From an uncultured bacterium (GTDB lineage: Bacteria > Krumholzibacteriota > Krumholzibacteriia > Krumholzibacteriales > Krumholzibacteriaceae), in the NCBI GenBank assembly GCA_963813815.1, contig CAWFAD010000008.1, positions 32,001-96,000 of the forward strand: a DNA stretch of 64,000 nucleotides, written 5' to 3'. A program made the translations under genes and the position numbers. Below the pieces are notes generated by a model, which saw nothing but the letters and a program-made list of their open reading frames with translations, searched no databases and was not told the origin of the DNA. Position 1 is the first letter of the stretch. Each line of letters opens with the position of its first letter. Of the stretch, positions 17,982-27,532 are shown in pieces.

Positions 17982-19145
17982 ATGATTATCGCCAAACGCA
18001 AGCGGTTGGCGTTGATAACCGCGGCCGTATTCGTCGTCCTGATTGTGAGCGGCATCGTCGGGTTCCGCGTGGCCGTCAGGGCTCTGAAGGGTAAGGTCGT
18101 GGAGGCCCTGGGGCCGAACAGCGAGATCAGGGACATTCGGTTGGGCTGGTCCAGCGTGAACATCGAGGGGTTGAGGATCAAGGGACCGAGCTGGTGGCCT
18201 GATGCCGAAGTGTTGCAGGCGGAGCGCGTGGCCGTTGTCCCCAGCCTGCGCAGCCTTTTCTCCCGGCAATACCGGGTCCGCTCCATCACTATCGTCAAGC
18301 CCTATGTTTCGGCACTCCGAACCAAGGAAGGGAAATTGCTGATTCTCCCCGGTCTGCTGACAAAGGAGGCCGACGAAGGCCAAGCGGATACCCTCTCGCG
18401 CCCCGCCGCTGCCTACTCGACAGTATCCATCGGCCGTATCACTCTCAAGGATGGGATCGTGGAACTGTACGATGCCACGGTGACCCAGCCTCCGTTGAAG
18501 ATCCGGCTCGAGCAGATCAAGGCCACCATGCGGAACATGGCCGTACCGGGGCTCAAAGGGAAGAGCCGTTTCGAACTCGCGGGCGTCGTAAAGGGCGCCC
18601 AGCGGGACGGGCAGATCAAAATGGCGGGGTGGGTCGAGGTGGGCACCAGGAACTCCTCGGTGAAGACGGAGCTCCGGTCCGTGGACCTCGTGGTGCTCCA
18701 GCCCTATCTCATCAAGGCCGGCGAGAAGGGCGTTCAGAAGGGCACCTTCGACCTCGATCTGCAATCGGACGTGAGCAATAACCAGCTGAAAGCTCCCGGG
18801 AAGGCCACGATCTCGGATATGGAGCTCGTCCAGGCCGAGGGCGGCTTCGACACGTTCATGGGTCTTCCCCGTCGGGCCGTGTTGGCCTTCCTGTTGCGCA
18901 ATGAAAATAGGATCACGGTGGATTTTGTCCTGGAAGGGGACATCAATAGTCCCGAGTTCTCCCTCAACCAGACCTTCACCACGCGGTTGGCGTTCGCAAT
19001 GGCGAAGGTCCTTGGGCTCGACTTCAGCGGAATTGTGCAAGGCGTGGGTACGCTGGGACAAAAGGGCGGGGAAGCGGTGGGCCAGGCGGCGAAGAGCACG
19101 GGGGGCTGGCTGCAACGGCTTTTCGGGGGCAAGAAGAAGCCTTAG
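17982..19145 (+). CDS. DUF748/AsmA-like protein
   Basis: GGGAGG RBS; N-terminal anchor; beta-rich body; FVLEGDINSPEFS motif. Confidence 0.7.
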   Translation: MIIAKRKRLALITAAVFVVLIVSGIVGFRVAVRALKGKVVEALGPNSEIRDIRLGWSSVNIEGLRIKGPSWWPDAEVLQAERVAVVPSLRSLFSRQYRVRSITIVKPYVSALRTKEGKLLILPGLLTKEADEGQADTLSRPAAAYSTVSIGRITLKDGIVELYDATVTQPPLKIRLEQIKATMRNMAVPGLKGKSRFELAGVVKGAQRDGQIKMAGWVEVGTRNSSVKTELRSVDLVVLQPYLIKAGEKGVQKGTFDLDLQSDVSNNQLKAPGKATISDMELVQAEGGFDTFMGLPRRAVLAFLLRNENRITVDFVLEGDINSPEFSLNQTFTTRLAFAMAKVLGLDFSGIVQGVGTLGQKGGEAVGQAAKSTGGWLQRLFGGKKKP

Positions 19146-19161
19146 GCTATTGAGGCCTGCA

Positions 19162-19818
19162 ATGGCAAAGATTCTAATCCTGCTGATTGAAGACAACCGC
19201 TTTCTGCGGGAAGGCATCGCCGCCATGCTCAATAGTGAGAACGATATCGAAGTCGTCGCGCGAGCCGAAGACGGCGATGCGGTGCGTGAGCTGAAGAGCA
19301 TGAAAAAGCCCCCTGACATCATCCTCTTGGATCTTGGGCTGGAAAAGGAAAACAGCCTGAGACTGATGAACATGTTGCAGGAAGAAGCGCCGTCGGCGCG
19401 GATCATCGCCATGGATATATTCCCTGAGCAGATCGACATCGTCGAGTTCGTGAAATCCGGCGGCAGCGGCTTCATCCTCAAGAATGCCCCGTCGAAAGAT
19501 TACATTAAGACCATCAGGACCGTCGCGGCAGGTTCAAAGGTGCTTCCGCCGGCTTTGACCAATTCGCTTTTCACACAGATCATCGAATCCGCGCTCAAAA
19601 CAGGCAACGGCATCCCCAACAGCTCAATAGTTTTGACCAATCGTGAACGAGAGGTTATCGCCCTGATTTCCGAAGGCATGAGCAACAAAGAAATCGCCGA
19701 GCGGCTTCATGTCGCTACATATACCGTAAAGAGCCATATACACAATGTTCTGGAAAAGCTGTCGCTTCACACCCGGCTGCAAATAGCGGCCTTCGTCCGC
19801 AGGGAAGAATCCGAATGA
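19162..19818 (+). CDS. NarL/LuxR family response regulator
   Basis: Receiver LIEDN...PDIILLDL; HTH LTNREREVIALISEGMSNKEIA. Confidence 0.93.
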   Translation: MAKILILLIEDNRFLREGIAAMLNSENDIEVVARAEDGDAVRELKSMKKPPDIILLDLGLEKENSLRLMNMLQEEAPSARIIAMDIFPEQIDIVEFVKSGGSGFILKNAPSKDYIKTIRTVAAGSKVLPPALTNSLFTQIIESALKTGNGIPNSSIVLTNREREVIALISEGMSNKEIAERLHVATYTVKSHIHNVLEKLSLHTRLQIAAFVRREESE

Positions 19819-19856
19819 CCGAATTCGGATCTTGATTTCCCATAAAGCGATACATT

Positions 19857-19881
19857 GGACTAGCTCCGGAGGACTAGCTCC
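19857..19881. promoter_or_regulatory. Direct repeat, putative regulator binding site
   Basis: GGACTAGCTCC at 19857-19867 and 19871-19881, upstream of the next operon. Confidence 0.45.
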
Positions 19882-20036
19882 TTTTCCATCCCTTGGAGCG
19901 ATTCACTCGCTGAGGGTTCCCGAGTACACTTCCTTCAAAGAACACTACACCGGACAATATTCCGAAAGGAGCGTTGATGCATTGCTGCGGAGCGGGTAAC
20001 CATTCAGCTCGGTTTCACGCCACGAAAGGGGCAGAT

Positions 20037-20471
20037 ATGTTCAAGCGAACGTCATTACTAGTTGTCGTCATGATGTGTGCCCTTGCTCATGCCGGACTGG
20101 CGGCAGAACAGGACAATGTTCAGAAATACTTCAACGACGCTGCGTGCAAAGTGAAGGCGGCGACCGATCCGTCGCAGAAGCGCGAGATTCTCGAAAACAA
20201 GATCGAGGATATGTCCAAGGCGTTGGGCATGGTTCGGAACTCGCGACTCGTTTCGCAAGCCGATCGCGCGGGCCTTGATCGTCTCGGCGCCTCCCTTCAG
20301 GAGAAACGGGACGAGCTCGCGGGTACGAACGGCTACGCGCGCGTTGCCGATGATCAACTCAACGCGTTCTCCGAATACGTCGTGCAGGACATGGAGCAGG
20401 CAGACAGGACGATAACCCTCAGCGTCGTCACGGCGCTCTTGATCATAATCATCATAATCCTTGTCGCCTGA
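20037..20471 (+). CDS. Hypothetical exported helical protein with C-terminal TM anchor
   Basis: Signal peptide; hydrophobic C-terminus TALLIIIIIILVA. Confidence 0.7.
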   Translation: MFKRTSLLVVVMMCALAHAGLAAEQDNVQKYFNDAACKVKAATDPSQKREILENKIEDMSKALGMVRNSRLVSQADRAGLDRLGASLQEKRDELAGTNGYARVADDQLNAFSEYVVQDMEQADRTITLSVVTALLIIIIIILVA

Positions 20472-20505
20472 TCTCTCTCTTCCGCGAGGATTTCGTGTGT
20501 TTGGT

Positions 20506-21627
20506 ATGAATGGCTTGTCCAATGGATTTTCTGCGAGCGCCCCACAGGCACAATCGACGCCCGTGGCGCGTTTCGCCTGTGTGGCGCTCACTTTGTTTCT
20601 CTTTTCGTGCAGCTCCGTTCCTCCTGCCCGCCGCGCGGCTTCGCCGGCAGATTATGGCGGGCTCCCCCCGCGCTACTCGATCGTATGCATCATTCATGGC
20701 GATGGCAACTATCTCTATCATGATGCCCGTGGCGACGCGCTCAGCGCGGATGAGGTGACTCTCGCAAAAGCGATAACAGTCGCGGAACGCAACGCGCAGG
20801 CAGAGATGTTCATTTTTCATGAAAGACGCAGAAACAATCTCTTGCTGTTCTTTCCTCGTCGCGACGGAACGTTTTATTACTACCGGAACGGCTTCCTCCT
20901 CGCCGAGGAATCGTACTGGCGGGATCAGGGAGCATTGCGTTTCGATCCTGAAATGGAGCTTTATAACCGCTTCCGCGCGGAGGGCTCACCTGATCCGATG
21001 AGATTATTCCTGTATTTCGGTCATGAAATCCCCGAGCTCGGCGGAGCCGGTTACGATGCGTCGTACAAGAGCCGAACGTTCAGCGTGGACGACCTCGCGG
21101 ACGGATTGAAACGCGTCGCCCGCGATTCCACGAAGATCGATCTCGTCGTGCTTTCTGCATGTTTCAGCGGCACGCCGCGCACGCTGGCCGCGATTGCTCC
21201 CTACGCGCGATACGTCATCGCTTCTCCCGACAATCTTCACCTCTCATACTTCGATCTCCGCCCCTTGGAGCAATTGGATATCGGCCTGCGGGGGGAAGAC
21301 GTGTCCGAATTTGCCGATGCATTCGCTCGCCATGCGTTCGACAGGCTGACGGAGGATACACAGACAGCGGTCAGCGTTGTCGTATACGATGTGGATCGCG
21401 TTCGCGGATTCGTGCGCTCCGTGGACAGTGTCTACGATCATGCCATGGCCACATTGAAGGGGAAACCACCGGCATCCATCGAGCGCTGCGATTGCGCGGA
21501 TGATCCCGCATATATGATGCCGGGGCTCAATGAGGGAATAACTGTGCTCTATCGCGCGCCACGTTTTGGACGCTTGCAGCACAAACAAAGCCATTCGGGA
21601 TGGGAATGTTGGAGGCTTGTGAATTGA
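20506..21627 (+). CDS. Hypothetical lipoprotein, caspase/clostripain-like fold
   Basis: LFSC lipobox; YFGHE, VLSAC and YVIAS motifs resemble the clan CD His-Cys dyad context. Confidence 0.55.
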   Translation: MNGLSNGFSASAPQAQSTPVARFACVALTLFLFSCSSVPPARRAASPADYGGLPPRYSIVCIIHGDGNYLYHDARGDALSADEVTLAKAITVAERNAQAEMFIFHERRRNNLLLFFPRRDGTFYYYRNGFLLAEESYWRDQGALRFDPEMELYNRFRAEGSPDPMRLFLYFGHEIPELGGAGYDASYKSRTFSVDDLADGLKRVARDSTKIDLVVLSACFSGTPRTLAAIAPYARYVIASPDNLHLSYFDLRPLEQLDIGLRGEDVSEFADAFARHAFDRLTEDTQTAVSVVVYDVDRVRGFVRSVDSVYDHAMATLKGKPPASIERCDCADDPAYMMPGLNEGITVLYRAPRFGRLQHKQSHSGWECWRLVN

Positions 21628-21641
21628 TCGAGCGCGGAAGT

Positions 21642-22361
21642 ATGCGGAACGTGAAACTGACAACACACTATTATGTCCTTTCCCTGAGCGAGCACACCAG
21701 CAGGCTCTACGAAGCATTCCGGGACACGCTTATTGATATTCAAAACAAGGAGTTCCCGATTGAATCATCGGAGGTTCCGCGCGGGCCCATCGATACGGCG
21801 CCCAACAACGGTGGATTGCCGAAATTCATCCGCACGACGGACCAGCACTTTGACCACTATTTCGGACAGGATCCGCTTCGATTGGTTGTGGTCGGCGAAA
21901 GCAAATACCTGTCCATCTTCGGGTCCGTGACATCGCATCAAGACGCGTTGATTGGCGTGGTTGAAGGCGACCATACTGCAACTTCTCCGCACGATTTGGG
22001 CAAAATCGTATGGCCAATCGTCAAGGAGGTTATAGCGGGCACACGTAAAAACGCGATGCACGACTTGGAAGCGGCAGAAAACTCGCGGAACGTCGTTTCC
22101 GGAATCGATGCGGTGGCACATTCGGCGGGCTCGGGGAAAGGCGACACCTTGTATGTCGAGGAAGATTATCATATAAAGGGCGGCATTCGCGAAACGGATC
22201 ATTCGCTTATTCGGCCAAAGGATTTAGATATACAAGAGGCAATCGATGACGCCGTGGATGCCATTATCGCAAAGGTGCTGGAAGAGGGTGGAAATGTAAT
22301 ATTTCTGACAAGCGGTTCGCTGGCAAGGCTCCAGAGAATCGCTCTCGTTCTAGGTGGCTGA
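21642..22361 (+). CDS. Bacterial archaeo-eukaryotic release factor family 3 (baeRF3)-like protein
   Basis: YYVLSLSE..RLYE, TLYVEEDY and DAVDAII..VLEEGGNVIF...IALVL motifs. Confidence 0.7.
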   Translation: MRNVKLTTHYYVLSLSEHTSRLYEAFRDTLIDIQNKEFPIESSEVPRGPIDTAPNNGGLPKFIRTTDQHFDHYFGQDPLRLVVVGESKYLSIFGSVTSHQDALIGVVEGDHTATSPHDLGKIVWPIVKEVIAGTRKNAMHDLEAAENSRNVVSGIDAVAHSAGSGKGDTLYVEEDYHIKGGIRETDHSLIRPKDLDIQEAIDDAVDAIIAKVLEEGGNVIFLTSGSLARLQRIALVLGG

Positions 22362-22405
22362 TTGCCCATTCGCAACGAGGATATCGATAGGGAGGTGACG
22401 CAGAA

Positions 22406-22552
22406 ATGCTTTGGACTATAGGAATCATTCTATTAATTCTCTGGCTACTCGGGTTGATCACCGCGCACACGTTCGGCGGGGTCATTCACGCTCTCCTGGT
22501 CATCGCGCTCGTGGTGATTATCATCCGTGTCCTTCAAGGTCGGCGCCTGTAG
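22406..22552 (+). CDS. lmo0937-family small membrane protein (absent from ORF track)
   Basis: GGAGGT RBS; MLWTIGIILLILWLLGLITAHTFGGVIHALLVIALVVIIIRVLQGRRL. Confidence 0.9.
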   Translation: MLWTIGIILLILWLLGLITAHTFGGVIHALLVIALVVIIIRVLQGRRL

Positions 22553-22599
22553 CGCATCCGAGATACTCTTGGAGAGGAGATAATATCTTGTGCAAGAAC

Positions 22600-23139
22600 A
22601 TGAAGAAAGTGTCGCTGATGCTGGGGCTGGCCGCATTGATGGCCACCCAGGTGCACGCACAGAGCATAGGCATCGGCCCGCAGGTCGGCTATTTTCGAGC
22701 CAAGGATGCCGATGAGGGCAATTTTACGGGTGGAGCGGCCCTTCGGCTGAAAATGACTCCGTTTCTCGGCGTCGAGGCGTCCATCGGCTATCGTCAGGAA
22801 CAATATGCGGATGACCTCTTGACGGTTCGCAGCTGGCCGGTGATGATAACTGGTTTGATTTATCCGCTCCCCATAATCTACGGGGCCATGGGCTTCGGCT
22901 GGTACAACACAACGTTCGATTATGACCAGGTCAGCCTGCCGCTTCTCAAAGATGATACGGTGCAGAAAGTCGGCTGGCATTTCGGCGGCGGCATGGAACT
23001 GCCCATCGGAACAAAGATCAAGCTGACGACCGACATTCGCTATGTCTTCCTGGATTACGATTTTGAGGAAGTCCCGGGCAGCGGTGACATGAGCAGCAAT
23101 TTCTATGTTATCACCGCCGGAATACTATTCGCTTTATAA
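22600..23139 (+). CDS. Outer membrane beta-barrel protein
   Basis: Signal peptide ending VHA; alternating beta-strand pattern; terminal ITAGILFAL. Confidence 0.8.
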   Translation: MKKVSLMLGLAALMATQVHAQSIGIGPQVGYFRAKDADEGNFTGGAALRLKMTPFLGVEASIGYRQEQYADDLLTVRSWPVMITGLIYPLPIIYGAMGFGWYNTTFDYDQVSLPLLKDDTVQKVGWHFGGGMELPIGTKIKLTTDIRYVFLDYDFEEVPGSGDMSSNFYVITAGILFAL

Positions 23140-23300
23140 TATCTATTCAGGAGGACATGATATGAGGACTTCTCGGATCGCTCTTGCGACACATTCGACC
23201 TGGTCGCCGAGGTCGGTATCGGGATCAACGACGACTCGTTTACCTCTGTGGGCGCTGGCATCACGTATTACGTCCATTGATAGCGAGAGGAGATGATTCA

Positions 23301-23522
23301 ATGAGTGGAGCAAAGATCCTGGCACTCGTGTTGATCGTGGCCGGCATCATCGGTCTCATGTATGGCAAGTTCGGCTGCGCCAAGGAGACCCACAAAGCCG
23401 ACCTGGGCTCGATTCAGCTTTCGGTTAAGGAAGAGCGCTCCGTCAACATCCCCCTCTGGGCTGGCGTTGGGATGATAGCGGTCGGGGGTGTTCTTCTGAT
23501 TGTGCCGCGCAAGAAGAGCTAG
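23301..23522 (+). CDS. Small two-TM membrane protein
   Basis: GAGGAG RBS; KETHKADLGSIQLSVKE..VNIPLWAG pattern. Confidence 0.75.
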   Translation: MSGAKILALVLIVAGIIGLMYGKFGCAKETHKADLGSIQLSVKEERSVNIPLWAGVGMIAVGGVLLIVPRKKS

Positions 23523-23687
23523 TTCTTGCTGTTAGTGCCAAATGGGGGAACTCTCTTGCATATTAGGCGCGATCGTTGACGCGATTTCAATCAGCTGCTA
23601 CCACGCAGGGAACCAGCCGCAGTGGCCGACCCAGGACGCGTGGAGCCCGGTTCGGGCATCGCCCGTAACACGTAGGAGGTAAGACGA

Positions 23688-24047
23688 ATGAGATGGAACG
23701 CACTGCTCTTGGCTATCATCGCGGGTGTTTTCGCTTTCACGGTCCAATCTTGTGCCGTTGGATACCAAGGCCCGCCGCGTGCGGCAGCGCACGGTTACGT
23801 CGTGGTCCACCAGGAAAGGGAACTCGTTTTCGACTCGACGCTCGGATTGTATATCGTCACTGGCTACCCCAGCTTGTACTACTATGGGGGGTACTACTAC
23901 CGCGTGTACAGCGGAGGTCGTTTTGCGAGGTGCAGGACGATCAGCGGGGCCTGGAAATCGATCAGCCCTTCGAGATTGCCGCCGGGTCTCGCGAAGAAGT
24001 ACGGCGCGCACCCGGGCAAGCATCGCGGCAAGAGGCACAACAACTAA
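23688..24047 (+). CDS. Hypothetical lipoprotein with LPPGLAKK motif
   Basis: AGGAGGT RBS; VQSC lipobox; Tyr-rich core; LPPGLAKK. Confidence 0.75.
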   Translation: MRWNALLLAIIAGVFAFTVQSCAVGYQGPPRAAAHGYVVVHQERELVFDSTLGLYIVTGYPSLYYYGGYYYRVYSGGRFARCRTISGAWKSISPSRLPPGLAKKYGAHPGKHRGKRHNN

Positions 24048-24207
24048 CCCACCGCGCAGGCAACTTCGCCGTGCCGGCCTGCGTTCGTCGTGCGTGAAGA
24101 CGCCCGTCGCGCTGGGACGATCTGTGATCCGCTAATCGCCCAGTGTGACGGGCTCTTCGATTGTTGGAAGAGAAACGTAAGCTTCCCCGTCAAGTAGACA
24201 ACGCCAA

Positions 24208-26153
24208 AGTGGACACTCGGCGAGAACCGCGAGTCCTCCCAGATGCACGTCGTGACCCGATGGGACGATGAAATTCAGACCCTGATCGCTCGAAATAGAT
24301 ACCACCCGGAGTATGGAAACCGGGTCGCCTTCGCGGCCATCAGCCCGCCGGCGGATTCGTACAACGGCGACCGCACCTCCTTCCTGGGGCGCAATCGCTC
24401 GATGCGCAATCCTGCGGCAATGGAGCGAGTGAAGCTTTCCCGACGGACGGGAGCGGGATTCGACCCATGCGCCGCGCTGCAGGTCAAGATTGAACTGGCG
24501 CCCGGCGGGCGAGCCGATGTCACGTGCATGCTGGGCCAAGCCGAGTCGATTGATGAGGTGCACGAGCTGGTTCGAACCTACCGGGAAAGCTCGGCTCTCG
24601 AAGACGCTCTCAACAAAACGAAAAGCTGGTGGGACGATCTGCTGGGCGCGATCGAGGTGCATACCCCCGAGCTCGCGGCGGATTTCCTCGTGAACCGCTG
24701 GCTGCTGTACCGGGACCTCAGCTGCCGGATCTGGGGGCGCACGGCTTTCTACCAATCGGGCGGCGCGTTCGGATTCCGCGACCAATTGCAGGACATCACG
24801 GCCTTCGTCTATGCGTATCCCGAGCCGGCGCGGGAGCACATCCTGCTCGCGGCGAGCCGCCAGTTCAAGGAAGGCGATGTCCAGCACTGGTGGCATCCGC
24901 CGAACGGCGCGGGAATCCGTTCGCGGATCTCCGATGATCTCCTGTGGCTTCCATACGCTGTCGCGCACTACGTCAGGATCACCGGCGATGTGGACATCCT
25001 GCACGCGACGGTTCCGTTCCTCAATGCTCCCGTGCTCGAAGACGGTCAACGCGAATTCCTCTCCACGCCTGAGATCGCGCGGGAACGCGCCACGCTGTTT
25101 GAGCACTGCCAGCGCGCGGTCGCGCGCGGCCTGACTTTCGGGCCCACAGGGCTGCCCCTGATGGGAACGGGCGACTGGAACGACGGGATGAACCTCGTGG
25201 GTGCCGGGGGCAAAGGGCAGAGCATTTGGCTGGCGTGGTTCCTGGCGGATGTGCTTCAGGGCATGGCCGAGATGTCCGACTTGCTCAATCGACCGATTCT
25301 GAGCCTTACCTTCCGGCAAGACAGGAAGGCGTTGATTCAGCGTGTCGAAGAGGTTGCGTGGGACGGGCAATGGTATCTTCGGGCGATTTTCGACGACGGC
25401 ACGCCGCTCGGTTTCTCGGCGAACAAGGAAGCGAGCATCGATTCTCTGCCACAATCCTGGGCCTGGCTGAGCGGCGCCGCCGACGCAGATCGCGCCGGCA
25501 AAGCCCTGGAATCGGCGTGGACGCATCTCGTTCGCGAGGATGAAGGTTTGGTGCTGCTCCTCGAGCCTCCTTTCGACATTTCAGAGCCCTCCCCCGGCTA
25601 CATCAAGGGATACCCACCCGGGGTGCGTGAGAATGGAGGCCAATACACTCACGCCGCCCTGTGGCTCGCCATGGCGATGGCGCGTCGCGGAGACGGCGAG
25701 CGGGCGGCCAAGATTCTGCGCCTGCTCAATCCTATCGAGCAGGCACGCGATCCCGAATCGGTCTGGCGCTATGGAATCGAGCCCTATGTGATCGCCGCCG
25801 ACGTGTACCGGTTGCCCGGGCGAATCGGCCACGGAGGCTGGTCGTGGTATACCGGTGCGGCCGCGTGGATGTACCGGGCCTGGATTGAGGAAGTCCTGGG
25901 TTTGCAGGTGCGGGGGGATCGCATGCAGTTGAACCCGGTCATTCCCGGATGGTGGGACGGCTTCAGCCTGCGCTATCGTCACGGCGAAGCGATATACGAG
26001 ATCAAGGTCGAGAACCCGGAAGGGCGCCAGGGAGGCGTGTCATGGGTGGAGATGGATGGTCAGCGCTTGCCGGGCGGAGTGATTCCTCTGGACAAGGCCC
26101 TCGTGAAGCATCGTATACTCATACGTATGGGGGAGCCGCAGCAGGCGGTCTAG
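24208..26153 (+). pseudogene. ndvB: 5'-truncated cyclic beta-1,2-glucan synthase/GH94 phosphorylase C-terminal fragment
   Basis: YQSGGAFGFRDQLQD, GTGDWNDGMN, YPPGVRENGGQYTH and WSWYTG motifs; homology begins mid-domain (WTLGENRE) with no RBS. Confidence 0.8.
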
Positions 26154-26177
26154 GATCCGCTGCCTGCGGCTGGATAA

Positions 26178-26723
26178 ATGAAAAAGGCTGTTTTTCTGGC
26201 TGCGCTGCTGACGCTCGCCGCGGGAGCCGCGCAGGGGGCGAGCTATATCGGGCTCTATGCCGATCCCGCTCATCTCGTGTGTCAGATGCGAACCCTTCAG
26301 TACGTGCCCTTCGACTGCTACGTGTTCATGATCAATTCGGACGGCACCGGCATCAAGGGGGCCGAGTACAAGGTCGTCTTTCCGTCCGGATATATCATAG
26401 CCTTTACGGTGGCCAATCCGGACATAACCGTTATTCTCCGCGATCCCTTTTGCGGCACTATTCTTACCTTCGAGACCTGCTGGATGGACTGGGTCTGGTC
26501 TCACAAGTTCACCTGTATTAGCCTGATCGAACCGGCTCCCGCGGTCATCACGGTCGAAGGCAATCCGGACGACTACTACCTCCTCCAGATCGTGAGCTGC
26601 GAGCCGGGGCTGCCGGCGTACCCGCTCACGATACTGAATCCGCTGTTTCTGAATAGTTTCGGGTCAGGATGCGAGATCGCGGTCGAGGAATCGAGCTGGG
26701 GAGCTATCAAGAGCCTCTTCTAG
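26178..26723 (+). CDS. Secreted protein with C-terminal ESSWGAIKSLF motif
   Basis: Signal peptide ending AQG; YIGLYAD N-terminus; several Cys residues. Confidence 0.8.
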   Translation: MKKAVFLAALLTLAAGAAQGASYIGLYADPAHLVCQMRTLQYVPFDCYVFMINSDGTGIKGAEYKVVFPSGYIIAFTVANPDITVILRDPFCGTILTFETCWMDWVWSHKFTCISLIEPAPAVITVEGNPDDYYLLQIVSCEPGLPAYPLTILNPLFLNSFGSGCEIAVEESSWGAIKSLF

Positions 26724-27130
26724 GAGCGCCAGTCCCGCATCGCGCTGCAAACGGCCCTCTCGAGACCGGAGATGTCGAGCGGTTTCGGGAGAAAATCCCT
26801 CGCGCCGAGCGAGACCGCTCGTGAGCGCATCTCCACCGTGTTTTCCCGCGTGACGACGATCACAGGGACGTCGGAGCCGACGCGACTCTTTATATAAGAA
26901 AGGATCGCGAGCCCTTCCGCGTCGTCGTCGTCGGCCAGGTAATGCGGCAGGTTGAGGTCGAGAAGGACGAGCGAGGGCACGCCCGTCCGGAGATACTCGA
27001 ATGCCTCCTCCCCCGACGAGACGCGGGCGACCGGAAGGGGAGGGCTCCACATGGCGAATAGATCCTCGACAAAGTCACGATCGTCTTCGACGATCAAGAG
27101 CTCGCCGTTCGCTTTTCCGGCAGCATTCAT
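26720..27130 (-). CDS. Single-domain response regulator
   Basis: LIVEDD, LLDLNLP and FLPKP motifs. Confidence 0.9.
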   Translation of the reverse strand: MNAAGKANGELLIVEDDRDFVEDLFAMWSPPLPVARVSSGEEAFEYLRTGVPSLVLLDLNLPHYLADDDDAEGLAILSYIKSRVGSDVPVIVVTRENTVEMRSRAVSLGARDFLPKPLDISGLERAVCSAMRDWRS

Positions 27131-27532
27131 AGCTCCGCCTTTCAATAGGCGACCGCTCTCCATCTCTTCCCCTAGGTGCCGGCGCCGGCATGAGCCGATA
27201 TCCCCCTCCGGTGCCCAAACGAGACCAATCCGTTGTGCGATTCTCGAACCGGATATTCTCGTTTGTCAACAAGGCCAAGAGCAATCGGCGTTCCACTATG
27301 CCGCGGCGCGGAACAAGCCGGAACGGCCGCCCCTATCTACATCGATTGCAACGAATCACGCGGGGCGACGCCGTCGCGCCGCATCGAAGGGAGTCGAGTC
27401 GCGCGCAACCGCGGTTGCCGCGCCGGGCCGCGGAGAGTAACGGGTAACGAGTTGCTCCATAGTCTGTTGCGGAGGGAAAACCGGTCGAAGGCCAGCGGCA
27501 ACTCGCGTTGCCGTTTCCAGAGGGAATGAACC

